Source: an uncultured Verrucomicrobiae bacterium | GTDB lineage: Bacteria > Verrucomicrobiota > Verrucomicrobiia > Limisphaerales > J093 | Assembly: GCA_937946835.1 (NCBI GenBank) | Contig: CALFAV010000026.1 | Location: 39,228 to 103,227 of the forward strand | Length of the DNA: 64,000 nt | Direction of reading: 5' to 3' | Part shown: positions 1 through 8,915 of the stretch, one piece after another | Position numbering within the stretch: the first letter of the stretch is position 1 | Layout: each line of letters opens with the position of its first letter | Position numbers and translations under genes: made by a program | The notes under the pieces: generated by a model | What the model was told of the DNA's origin: nothing | Databases searched by the model: none | The model's input: the letters and a program-made list of their open reading frames with translations, nothing else

Positions 1-93
1 TTCCGTTACTGGGCCTGAACCAGCCCGCCGGCGTCGCAGAAAAACCTTGCTGGCCGGTCCGGGCTCGCCTATTGGCCGGGCAGACATTCGCCC

Positions 94-837
94 ATGAAAA
101 CGCTCCTGCCCCGTCTTCTCACCGGCCTGGCCCTGGCCGGTGCCTTCGCCGCCCTGGCCCCCGCCCGGGCCGCCGGCCCCATCCGGGTGTTGCTGGTCTG
201 CGGCGGCCACGATTACCAGACCAACCAGTTCCTCCAGGTCTTTCGCGACAACCCCGAGATCACCTTCACCCACCTGACCCACCCGGCGGCGCACGCTTGG
301 CTGGCCGCGGACAAGGCCCGGGAGTGGGACGTGTTGGTGCTTTACGACATGTGGCAGGACATCAGCGAGCCGGCCAAGCAGGACTTCGTGAACCGGCTCA
401 AGGAGGGCAAGGGACTGGTGGTCACGCACCACGCCATCGCCAGTTACCAAAACTGGCCCGAGTACGAGCGCATCATCGGCGCGCGCTACTACCTGGCCGC
501 CACCAACCGCAACGGCGTGCCCAAACCGCGCTCCCAGTACCAGCACGACGTGCGCTTCCGCGTCGAAGTCCTCAACCGCGAGCATCCGGTGACGCGCGGG
601 CTGGAGGACTTTGACATCCACGACGAGACCTACCGGCTCTTCGACGTGGCCCCCGACGTGACCCCCCTGCTGGGGACGAAAGAGCCGTTGAGCCACCCGG
701 TGATCGCCTGGGCCAAGACCTACCAACAGGCGCGCGTGGTGTACCTCCAGTTGGGCCACGACCACTACGCCTACGAAAACCCCGGCTACCGCCGCTTCCT
801 GGCCAACGCCATCCGCTGGGCCGCCCGGCGGGAATGA
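94..837 (+). CDS. ThuA-like (trehalose-utilisation family) domain protein, predicted secreted
   Basis: ORF 94..837. Signal peptide MKTLLPRLLTGLALAGAFAALAPARAAG. ThuA-like layout: IRVLLVCGGHDY ... LVVTHHAI ... LQLGHD ... FLANAIRWAA. Family recognised from memory, not searched. Confidence 0.7.
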   Translation: MKTLLPRLLTGLALAGAFAALAPARAAGPIRVLLVCGGHDYQTNQFLQVFRDNPEITFTHLTHPAAHAWLAADKAREWDVLVLYDMWQDISEPAKQDFVNRLKEGKGLVVTHHAIASYQNWPEYERIIGARYYLAATNRNGVPKPRSQYQHDVRFRVEVLNREHPVTRGLEDFDIHDETYRLFDVAPDVTPLLGTKEPLSHPVIAWAKTYQQARVVYLQLGHDHYAYENPGYRRFLANAIRWAARRE

Positions 838-852
838 CCCCCACCGCCCGGC

Positions 853-1611
853 ATGATCCTCAAGGTCATCGCCTGTGACATTGCCCGGCGGGAAATCTGC
901 CACTGCGCCGCCCGCAGCCCGAACATCCTGGACCTGGAATTCCTGCCCCAGGGCCTGCACGACACCCCGGCCCGCGGCCGCGACGAGGTCCAACGCCGGC
1001 TGGACGCGGTGCCGGCCGGCCAGTACGACGCGATCCTGATCGGCTACGGGCTGTGCGGCGGCATTCTCAAGGAGCTGCGGGCCGGGGCCACGCGCCTGGT
1101 CATCCCCCGGGCGCATGACTGCATCACCTTCTTCCTCGGCTCGAAGGAGCGGTACCAATGCCGCTTCAGCGAACGGCCGGGCACCTACTATTTCACGGCC
1201 GGCTGGCTGGAAGTGCCGGTGCGGCGCGGGAGCCAGGACCCGGCCGGGCAGGGCGCGTTTATGCCGGCGCAGTCGGCCGCCAGCCTGGAACGAAACCTGA
1301 CCGCGTGGACGGCCCGCTTCGGCGAGGAGCAGGCCCGGTATCTGGTGGAGGAGATGCGCCGCTGGGCGCAGCATTACACCCACGGTGCGCTCATCGAGTT
1401 CGAGTTCTCCCGGCCGTTGAAGCTGGAGGACCAGGTCCGCCGGCTCTGCGCCGAAAAGGGCTGGGCCTTCGAGCGAATTCCCGGCGACCTCGCCCTGCTG
1501 CAGCGCTGGGTGGACGGGGACTGGAACCCGGCCGACTTCCTGGAAGTGGCTCCGGGGCAGAAGGTGATGCCCAGCTATGACACGCAGATCATCTCGACCG
1601 CTCCGGCCTGA
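853..1611 (+). CDS. DUF1638 domain protein
   Basis: MILKVIACDIARREI..., LPQGLHDTP, YDAILIGYGLCGG and VIPRAHDCITFFLGSKERY fit the DUF1638 pattern as I remember it. The gene starts 16 nt after the ThuA-like stop. Confidence 0.65.
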   Translation: MILKVIACDIARREICHCAARSPNILDLEFLPQGLHDTPARGRDEVQRRLDAVPAGQYDAILIGYGLCGGILKELRAGATRLVIPRAHDCITFFLGSKERYQCRFSERPGTYYFTAGWLEVPVRRGSQDPAGQGAFMPAQSAASLERNLTAWTARFGEEQARYLVEEMRRWAQHYTHGALIEFEFSRPLKLEDQVRRLCAEKGWAFERIPGDLALLQRWVDGDWNPADFLEVAPGQKVMPSYDTQIISTAPA

Positions 1612-1699
1612 GCGGCGCCGGGCTTGTCCGGGCGGTTTCCGCGGAGACGGCTTCGGATTTGCCATTGCCAGCGGCGGTGGTGGGGCCAAGGTCTTGCCC

Positions 1700-2365
1700 A
1701 TGAAAAATCCCAGTTGCTCCCATCCACTTCCGCGGTTGTTCGCCGCCCTGCTCGGCGGCTGGCTGGCCCTGTCGGGTACCCAGGTCCACGCGGCTGAAGC
1801 GGGCGCCGTCAGCGAGGCCGAGCGCGAGCGGTTCCTGCGCGAGTTCAAACGCACCGGCCTGAACACCACCCCCGGCGACGCCATGTTGCTGCGCATCCTG
1901 GTGCAGACCCGCGGCGCCCGGCGCGGTGTCGAGGTGGGCTCGGCCACCGGCTACGGCGCCCTGCACATGGGCATCGGCTTCGAGCGCACCGGCGGGCAGC
2001 TCATCACCATTGACATTGACCCGGAGATGGTCCGCCAGTGCCGCGAGAACGTGAAGAAGGCCGGGCTGGAGAAGACCGTCACCGTGGTCGAGGGCGACGC
2101 GCTGAAGGTCCTGCCCGCGCTGGAGGGCGAGTTCGACTTTGTCTTCATTGACGCGGCCAAGCGCGACTACCTGAAGTACCTCCGGGCCATCGAACCCCGG
2201 CTCAAACCCGGCGCGGTGGTCGTGGCCGACAACGTCATCCAGTTCGCCCGGGACATGCAGGACTACCTGGACCACGTCGAGCACAGCGGGGTGTACGAGA
2301 CGGTCATTGTCCGCGCCTCGCTCGAGAAAAACGACGGCATGGCCATCAGCTACAAAAAGCGGTGA
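1700..2365 (+). CDS. Class I SAM-dependent O-methyltransferase (family 3, CCoAOMT-like)
   Basis: GVEVGSATGYGALHMG (SAM motif I), LITIDIDPE, FDFVFIDAAKRDY, VVVADNV. I moved the start to ATG 1700 (MKNPSCSHPLPRLFAALLGGWLALSG...) because the 5' part of ORF 1577 overlaps the previous gene and is Arg/Gly junk. Confidence 0.75.
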   Translation: MKNPSCSHPLPRLFAALLGGWLALSGTQVHAAEAGAVSEAERERFLREFKRTGLNTTPGDAMLLRILVQTRGARRGVEVGSATGYGALHMGIGFERTGGQLITIDIDPEMVRQCRENVKKAGLEKTVTVVEGDALKVLPALEGEFDFVFIDAAKRDYLKYLRAIEPRLKPGAVVVADNVIQFARDMQDYLDHVEHSGVYETVIVRASLEKNDGMAISYKKR

Positions 2366-2466
2366 CCCCGCCGGCCGGGCGCGGTCGGACTTGCACGACG
2401 GGGCGGGCCGGCCAAAAAATGGATCGGCGGCTCGCCTGCGGCTCGTCCGCCGACCCGACTGTTGCC

Positions 2467-4146
2467 ATGAGTCACCAACCTGTCCCCGGCCGGCCCGCGC
2501 CGCCGGAGTTTCTCATCAACCTGGATCGCCTGCTCGCCGCCTTTACCGAGCAGGTCCCGGTGCCGCTGGAGGAAATCGAGCGGGACGGCCGTCGGGTACC
2601 GCGTTACGTCCGCTTCGGCACCAGCGGCCACCGCGGCTCGCCGCTGGACGGCACCTTCAACCGCGCCCACATCCTGGCCATCACCCAGGCCATTTGCGAC
2701 TACCGGCAGAGCCATCAACTGACCGGCCCGCTCTTCCTGGGCCGGGACACTCACGCCGTGTCCGCGCCGGCCGAGGCGGTGGCGCTGGAGGTGTTGGCCG
2801 CCAACGGTGTCACCGTCTGCCGTCAGGCCGATCACCTGGCCGTGCCCACCCCGGCGATTTCCCGGGCCATTCTCCGCCACAACGCCGGCCGCACCACCGG
2901 GCTGGCGGACGGCCTCATCCTCACTCCCTCCCACAATCCCCCGCGCGACGGCGGCCTGAAATACAACCCGCCCCACGGCGGGCCGGCCGACACGGCAGTG
3001 ACCCACTGGATCGAACACCGCGCCAATGAACTGCTGCTCGAGGGTAATCGCGCCGTGAAACGCCGGCCGCATCAGGAGGCCCTCCACGCCCCGACGGTTC
3101 ACGGCGTGGATTTGCTCGGACCCTATGTGGACGAGCTGGACCGGGCCTTGAACCTCGAGCCGGTGCGCGCCGCCGGGCTGCGGCTGGGTGTGGACCCCCT
3201 GGGCGGCGCCTCGCTGGCCTGCTGGGACCGCATCGCCGAGCGCTACGGCCTGCTCCTGGAAGTCGTCAATCGCCAACTGGACCCGACCTTCGCCTTCATG
3301 CCCGTGGACCACGACGGGCAGATTCGCATGGACTGCTCCAGTCCCCACGCCATGGCCGGGCTGCTGGCGCTCAAGGACCGTTTCGACGTCGCCTGGGGCT
3401 GCGACCCGGACGCCGACCGGCACGGCATCGTGACCCGCGGGGCCGGGCTGCTCAACCCCAACCACTACCTCGCCGTGGCGGTGGACTACCTGTTGACCCA
3501 CCGCCCCCACTGGCCCCCCACCGCCGCGGTCGGCAAAACCCTGGTCAGCAGCGCGCTGATTGACCGCGTGGTCAACCACCGCGGCCGTCCGCTGTGCGAG
3601 GTGCCGGTCGGCTTCAAGTGGTTTGTCGAAGGCCTTCACTCCGGCCGATTCTGCTTCGGCGGCGAGGAAAGCGCCGGGGCCTCCTTCCTCTGTCGCAACG
3701 GCACCGTGTGGACCACGGACAAGGACGGGCTGCTGCTGGGACTGCTGGCGGCCGAAATCACCGCCGTGACCCGGTGTGAACCGGGAATGTATTTCCGCGA
3801 ACTGACCGCCACCCACGGCGAAACCTTTTACCGGCGCGTGGACACAGACCTGACCCCGGCCGAGCAGGCGGCGTTCGCCCGCTTGGAAGCCCGTCACGTG
3901 AGTCCGATCACCCTGGGAGGAGAGCCGATCGAACAGGTGCTGACCCGCGCCCCGGGCAATCGCGCCCCGATCGGCGGGATCAAGGTGGTGACCCGCAATG
4001 CCTGGTTTGCCGCGCGCCCCTCGGGCACCGAGCCCAAGCTCAAGCTCTACGTCGAAAGCCTGGTCAGCGCGGCCCACCTGGAGACGCTGCTCGCCGAGGT
4101 CCGGACGCTGCTGCGCGAAGCCCTGGCCCGGGCCGCCCGCGGTTAA
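2467..4146 (+). CDS. pgm: Phosphoglucomutase, alpha-D-glucose phosphate-specific
   Basis: FGTSGHRG, phosphoserine loop LTPSHNPPRDGGLKYN, metal site GCDPDADRHG, GGEESAG, phosphate loop ARPSGTEPKLKLY. Start set at ATG 2467 (MSHQPVPG...). Confidence 0.9.
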   Translation: MSHQPVPGRPAPPEFLINLDRLLAAFTEQVPVPLEEIERDGRRVPRYVRFGTSGHRGSPLDGTFNRAHILAITQAICDYRQSHQLTGPLFLGRDTHAVSAPAEAVALEVLAANGVTVCRQADHLAVPTPAISRAILRHNAGRTTGLADGLILTPSHNPPRDGGLKYNPPHGGPADTAVTHWIEHRANELLLEGNRAVKRRPHQEALHAPTVHGVDLLGPYVDELDRALNLEPVRAAGLRLGVDPLGGASLACWDRIAERYGLLLEVVNRQLDPTFAFMPVDHDGQIRMDCSSPHAMAGLLALKDRFDVAWGCDPDADRHGIVTRGAGLLNPNHYLAVAVDYLLTHRPHWPPTAAVGKTLVSSALIDRVVNHRGRPLCEVPVGFKWFVEGLHSGRFCFGGEESAGASFLCRNGTVWTTDKDGLLLGLLAAEITAVTRCEPGMYFRELTATHGETFYRRVDTDLTPAEQAAFARLEARHVSPITLGGEPIEQVLTRAPGNRAPIGGIKVVTRNAWFAARPSGTEPKLKLYVESLVSAAHLETLLAEVRTLLREALARAARG

Positions 4147-4159
4147 AGCCCCGCCGGCC

Positions 4160-5281
4160 ATGACCACGGTCCGGCTCACCGCCCGCCACTGGCGCACCGG
4201 CGAACCGCGGGAGCTTGTCGGTGACGCCGCGGAACTGGCGGCATTCACCTCCGCTGCCCCCGAGCGCCTCTGGCTGGCACCGCCGCTGGTGGACCCGCAG
4301 GTCAACGGCTTTGCCGGCGTGGACTTTCAGGCCGAAGCCCCGGACGGCGCCGACCTCGAACGCGCCGCGGCCGCCCTGGCCCGCCACGGGTGCGCGCAGT
4401 TTTTCCTCACCCTCATCACCGACGCCTGGGATCGGCTGCTGGCGAAGCTGGCCCGCCTGCGCACCCTGCGCGCGGCTTCGCCCGCCCTGCGCGACGCCCT
4501 CGCCGGTTGGCACGTGGAAGGGCCGTTCCTGTCGGCCAAACCCGGGTTTCACGGCGCGCACGACCCGACCCTGATGTTGGACCCGACTCCGGAACGCCTG
4601 CGGGAATTGCGGGAAGCCGCGGGGCCGGACCGGCTCCTGATCACCCTCGCCCCGGAACGGCGCGGCGCTCTGGCGGCCATCACCGAGGCGGTCCGGCTGG
4701 GCCTGACGGTCAGCCTGGGACACACGGACGCTCCGGCCGAATGCCTCCGCGACGCCGTGGCCGCCGGAGCGACCGGGTTCACCCACCTGGGCAACGCCTG
4801 CCCGCAGCTTCTGGACCGCCACGACAACATCCTCTGGCGCGTGCTCGACACCCCCGGCCTGACCGTGAGCCTCATCGCCGACGGCCGGCACGTGTCCCCG
4901 CCCCTGTTCCGGCTCCTGCACCGGGCGCTGCCCCCGGAACGGATCCTGTACACCACGGACGCCATGGCTGCCGCCGGCGCGCCGCCGGGACGCTACACGC
5001 TCGGGCGCCTGGCGCTGGAAGTGGGGCCGGACCGGGTGGTGCGTCTGCCGGGGCAGACCCACTTCGCCGGCTCGGCGTTGACGCCCATCGAAGCGGTGTG
5101 CACCGCGGCCGCCATGCTCGGGGTGTCGTGGCGCGAGACCTGGGCGCGGATGTCCGTGACGCCGGCGCGGTGGTTGGGACTGTCCCTGCCCGAGCCGGGA
5201 GCCACCACCCCGGGATGCCTGGTGGAAACCGACGCTGCCGGGCGCCCGGTCCGCTGGCAGTTGCTCCGCGCCGGCGGGTGA
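4160..5281 (+). CDS. nagA: N-acetylglucosamine-6-phosphate deacetylase
   Basis: DPQVNGFAGVDF, ITLAPE, GHTDA, THLGNA, IADGRHV and TDAMAAAG parallel the NagA motifs of E. coli-type enzymes. Start set at ATG 4160 (MTTVRL...); the longer ORF from 3998 overlaps pgm. Confidence 0.85.
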   Translation: MTTVRLTARHWRTGEPRELVGDAAELAAFTSAAPERLWLAPPLVDPQVNGFAGVDFQAEAPDGADLERAAAALARHGCAQFFLTLITDAWDRLLAKLARLRTLRAASPALRDALAGWHVEGPFLSAKPGFHGAHDPTLMLDPTPERLRELREAAGPDRLLITLAPERRGALAAITEAVRLGLTVSLGHTDAPAECLRDAVAAGATGFTHLGNACPQLLDRHDNILWRVLDTPGLTVSLIADGRHVSPPLFRLLHRALPPERILYTTDAMAAAGAPPGRYTLGRLALEVGPDRVVRLPGQTHFAGSALTPIEAVCTAAAMLGVSWRETWARMSVTPARWLGLSLPEPGATTPGCLVETDAAGRPVRWQLLRAGG

Positions 5282-5443
5282 CCCCCCGCGGCAAACTCGG
5301 GATGCGTTCCAGACGCCGCAAGCCCTGCCGGCCGGGGCGGGGGGAGAGTCGGAACCGCGGCGGCCCGGGCGAACATTGCCCGGCGGGCAAACCGGCGCGG
5401 TAAAGCGTGTGCCACGGGCCCGGCGTGCTCGCGTTTGGACTCC

Positions 5444-8392
5444 TTACCGCGCCAGGCGAAACCACCGCTGCGGGTCGCGCGGCGCCAGGGTCAGCGTGAG
5501 TTGATCGCCCTGCCGCTCGATCGGCCAGCCCCAGGTTTCCCAGGCGTGGCCCGGGTCCAAATCGCTCGCGGTTTGCAGGGTAAAAGCCGCTGCTGCCGCC
5601 GCGGCGGGCCAGCGCAATTGGACCTGGTCGGTACCGGCCCCGCGTTGAATGCGCAGAGCGGCCAGCGCGGGATGGCCCACCTCGATCTCGGCGGTGCCGC
5701 TGACCTGGAGGATGAGGCGGCCGGCTTCGGCCTGAAACTCGTGCGGGGCCGACAACAGCACCGTGCGGCCATTCAGGCGCACCTGGGGGGTCTGTCGCAG
5801 CCCGGTGAGCAACACGTAACCGGGCTGCGCCCGCCAGCCCGTCACCCGAAACCCGAAGCCCTCGGCGCTCTCGCGCGACTCGCGGATGGCACCGGGTGCG
5901 TGCACGGCCACGCCGTGGCGGGGCAACGCCAGAAAATCGTACACCGGCGGCAGACCCAGGGCCGGAAGGGCCGGCGCCAGCAGGGTGGCCGGGTTGATGT
6001 TCGCCGGGTTTCGCGCCTGGGCCTTCAGGTTGAAGCTGTCCGGCAACAGTCCCACGTTGCGGGCGTCGTCGGCCGGGTAGGTCTGCTGAATGCCCGAGCG
6101 CACGATGCCTTCGGCCAGTTGCCGCCAGGGGCCGTTGGTGCGGTGCCGCGCCAGGTGCAACAGGGCGTCGGCGTACACCAGACCGCACCACTGCACGGGC
6201 AGACCGATCCAGTTGGGCGCGATCCACTGGGTGGCGCCCAGCACGGGGATCGTGGCGTAAAGCCCGATGGGTTGCTCGGTGGGCGGGTTCAGGTACACGA
6301 ACGGCACCCCGGTCCAGGCCCAGTCCTCGGCCGCCTCGAGCAGGCGGGCGTCACCGCTCAACTCGTACCCGAGCACGGCGGCTTGAACCAGGTGCGCTGA
6401 CGCCAAAATGTCCGGCGTGTGGAGGGGAATCTCCCACGTCTGCGCCCCGCGCGGCACGCCGTCGCGGTAGCGCGCCAGGAGCGCGCGCAGGTGCCGCAGG
6501 CCGGCTTCGATCAGGTCGCGCCGGCCGGTGAACGCCGCCTCCTGCAACAGCGCCGCCACCACCGAGGCCGTCAGGCCGTTGGCGTCCGGTGCCCAGTGGG
6601 TGCGGCCGTAGTCCAGGCCGCCGATGCCGCCGCCGGGTTGGTAGCGGATGAACCCGTCGGCCTCGAACCGGTCCAGCAACCCGCGGGCGTGCTCCTCGGC
6701 CCGCTCGAGGTTGGCCGCCACGGCTCCGTAGGCCAGCGCGGGTGCCGGGTCGCGCACGTGCCCCACCCGGGCGTGGTTGTAGCGAGCCGGTTCCACCTGG
6801 CGCAACGCGCCGGCCGCCGCGGCGCGCAACCGCCCGCTCAGCGCGCCGTCGCTCACACGGTCGGCCAGCCAGTCCATGAACAACGCCGCGTCGGCCGCGG
6901 GCACCGCGGGGAAGCCCGGCGCGGCGTGGCGGTAGCGGTCGCCGTCGCGGATTTGCGAGTCCAGCCAGCCGCGCGCGGCCAGTTCGAGGTAGGCGGGCAC
7001 GCCGCCGGGGATTTCCGGCAGGGGCGGCAGGCCGAAGTGGCGCACGTAATCCCGGACCGCGGGCACCACGCTGCGGCCCCGGCCGCCCAGCAACAGCCCG
7101 CTGACGCGGGCGGGCCGGTTCGCCCTCAACATTTCCGCGTCGTAGGGCAACAAGCTGCTTTCCTCCCGGTTCAGGCCGTCCGAGCCGGGGAAGAGCAGCC
7201 CCATGACCTGGGCGCCGGAGCCCAGCAGCCGGTCGGGCGTGTCGAACACTGCGCAGGTGGGCGCGCCGGGCGGCTGGTTCCAGGCCAGCGCCACGTACCG
7301 GTCCCGGGCGGCCACGGCCATGAGGGGGAAGGTCAGCTTGGCGGTGTCGGCCACCTGCCGGTTCGAGTCCGGCGGGTTGAGGTCCGCGGTCGAACTGCTG
7401 GGTTCGTTTTCCAGGTACTCGACACCGGCCAACAGGGCCTGGGTCTTGTTGGTCCCGTAAGCGCCCAGCCCGGGCAGGAGCGTGAACAGCGGCAGGTACA
7501 GCACCGCGCGATCCTGGTCGCACCGGGCCGTGGCCTCGAAGCGCAGACTGCCCGCGGTGTTGAGGGTGAAGACCTGTTCCAGCTCCCAGCGCCCGCCGTC
7601 GGGGTCGGTAAGGGTCGCCCGCGCGCTCAGTGTGCCGCCCAGGGTGGCGTCGGCCAGGGGCGTGCGGGCGGCGACCTGGACGGTCACGGTGGTGTCCGGG
7701 CCGTTGATCGGGAACCAGCGGGGCGTGCCCTGCTGAAGGTAACCGATGAGGGGCGCGTTGTGCCCGGCGGCCATGCGTTCCCCGGCCACTTCCACGATGA
7801 ACCCGCCCCACTGCGTGCGGGTGTGCACCACCTTCAGTTCCCCGCTCTCGAGCGCGGGAGCGTTTTCGCCCGGCTCGGGCAAGGTGGGATGCGGCCAGTC
7901 GGGCGCCGCCAGGGAGAGCCGTTCGGCAAACCACAGTCGCTCCAGCACGCAGGTCCCGCCGGTGCCGGGGGGATCGAAGCGCAAGCGGTACCGCGGCCCC
8001 AGCGCGGGCAGGCGCACCTTGACCTCGACCCAGTCGCCGCCGCGCACGGCGAAACGCACCGAGTTCGGCTCGGTGGGATGGCTGCCGGCCGGGAAATAAA
8101 ACACCTGCGCGGTGCCGGTCTGCTCGGACTTGAGCCGCAGGTGCAGCCAGAGTGGCTGCTCGGGCGGGTAGTCCCGCGGCGGGCTGATGATCCAGGGATC
8201 GGGGCCGTTGATGGTGAGCACCAGCCCTTCGGGGGTGGTCGTGCGCGAGGCAAGGTGATGCGGCTCGCCCCACTGCGCGCTTTGCGCCGGATCGGTGAAG
8301 TCAAACACCGGCAGGTCGGCGCGCAGGACGAGGGCCAGGCTGACGCCGGCAAGTCCCCGGAACCACCGGCCAGGGTCGAAGGTGCTTTTCAC
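5444..8392 (-). CDS. Large secreted protein of unknown function (possible carbohydrate-active enzyme)
   Basis: Long ORF 5444..8542 (TTG). Probable start is GTG 8392, giving KSTFDPGRWFRGLAGVSLALVLRA as a signal peptide. It has an N-terminal beta-sandwich-like region (RLRFDPPGTGGTCVLERLWF) and a C-terminal domain ending WFRLAR. I cannot name a family. Confidence 0.6.
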   Translation of the reverse strand: MKSTFDPGRWFRGLAGVSLALVLRADLPVFDFTDPAQSAQWGEPHHLASRTTTPEGLVLTINGPDPWIISPPRDYPPEQPLWLHLRLKSEQTGTAQVFYFPAGSHPTEPNSVRFAVRGGDWVEVKVRLPALGPRYRLRFDPPGTGGTCVLERLWFAERLSLAAPDWPHPTLPEPGENAPALESGELKVVHTRTQWGGFIVEVAGERMAAGHNAPLIGYLQQGTPRWFPINGPDTTVTVQVAARTPLADATLGGTLSARATLTDPDGGRWELEQVFTLNTAGSLRFEATARCDQDRAVLYLPLFTLLPGLGAYGTNKTQALLAGVEYLENEPSSSTADLNPPDSNRQVADTAKLTFPLMAVAARDRYVALAWNQPPGAPTCAVFDTPDRLLGSGAQVMGLLFPGSDGLNREESSLLPYDAEMLRANRPARVSGLLLGGRGRSVVPAVRDYVRHFGLPPLPEIPGGVPAYLELAARGWLDSQIRDGDRYRHAAPGFPAVPAADAALFMDWLADRVSDGALSGRLRAAAAGALRQVEPARYNHARVGHVRDPAPALAYGAVAANLERAEEHARGLLDRFEADGFIRYQPGGGIGGLDYGRTHWAPDANGLTASVVAALLQEAAFTGRRDLIEAGLRHLRALLARYRDGVPRGAQTWEIPLHTPDILASAHLVQAAVLGYELSGDARLLEAAEDWAWTGVPFVYLNPPTEQPIGLYATIPVLGATQWIAPNWIGLPVQWCGLVYADALLHLARHRTNGPWRQLAEGIVRSGIQQTYPADDARNVGLLPDSFNLKAQARNPANINPATLLAPALPALGLPPVYDFLALPRHGVAVHAPGAIRESRESAEGFGFRVTGWRAQPGYVLLTGLRQTPQVRLNGRTVLLSAPHEFQAEAGRLILQVSGTAEIEVGHPALAALRIQRGAGTDQVQLRWPAAAAAAAFTLQTASDLDPGHAWETWGWPIERQGDQLTLTLAPRDPQRWFRLAR

Positions 8393-8915
8393 GGCCCCAG
8401 TCAACCCGGCCCGGGCGCGGCTGGCAACCGCGGGCGCGGGTGAAGTCTTTGCCCATTGCAGGTCCCGGAATCCGACCCCCCGGCCTCCGGACCGGGCCCG
8501 GGGCCTCCGCCCGGCGGGTGTTCCCCGGTGCCCGCGCGTCAAGGACCGGATTCGTTTAGCGCGCGCAGAAACTGGTACGCCATCGCGCGGACGTGAGGCT
8601 GCGGATGCCGGGCCGGCGCGCGCATTTCCGGCGTCGGCACGTGTGTCACGTTCCCGGAGCGGAGGGCACCAACCCTCCCAGGACCCGGGGCATGAGCCAT
8701 TCCGGGATTTGCCGGCCGAAAGCCGGGCATCGAAACCAGGTCTGAAAAGCCAAACCTCTGGTCATGGGCGCCGAGCGGCCAGGGCCCGGGGAGGCCCGGA
8801 GCGGAGAATCGCCGATCCGGGTTTGACGCCGCTGGCAGGTCCCACCCATGATGCTGGCGTTTTGGCCGCCGCTGCGAAGTGTCCCGCGCTTCGGCCGCGC
8901 CCGGCCCGGACCTGA

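Noticed and set aside
1-18. Possible 3' end of an upstream plus-strand gene (ttc cgt tac tgg gcc tga = FRYWA*)
   Set aside because: Only five codons are visible, which is far too little to support a feature.
72-614. 180-aa ORF overlapping the ThuA-like gene in another frame
   Set aside because: It is Arg/Pro/Gly-rich junk, whereas the overlapping frame (94..837) has a signal peptide and ThuA-like motifs.
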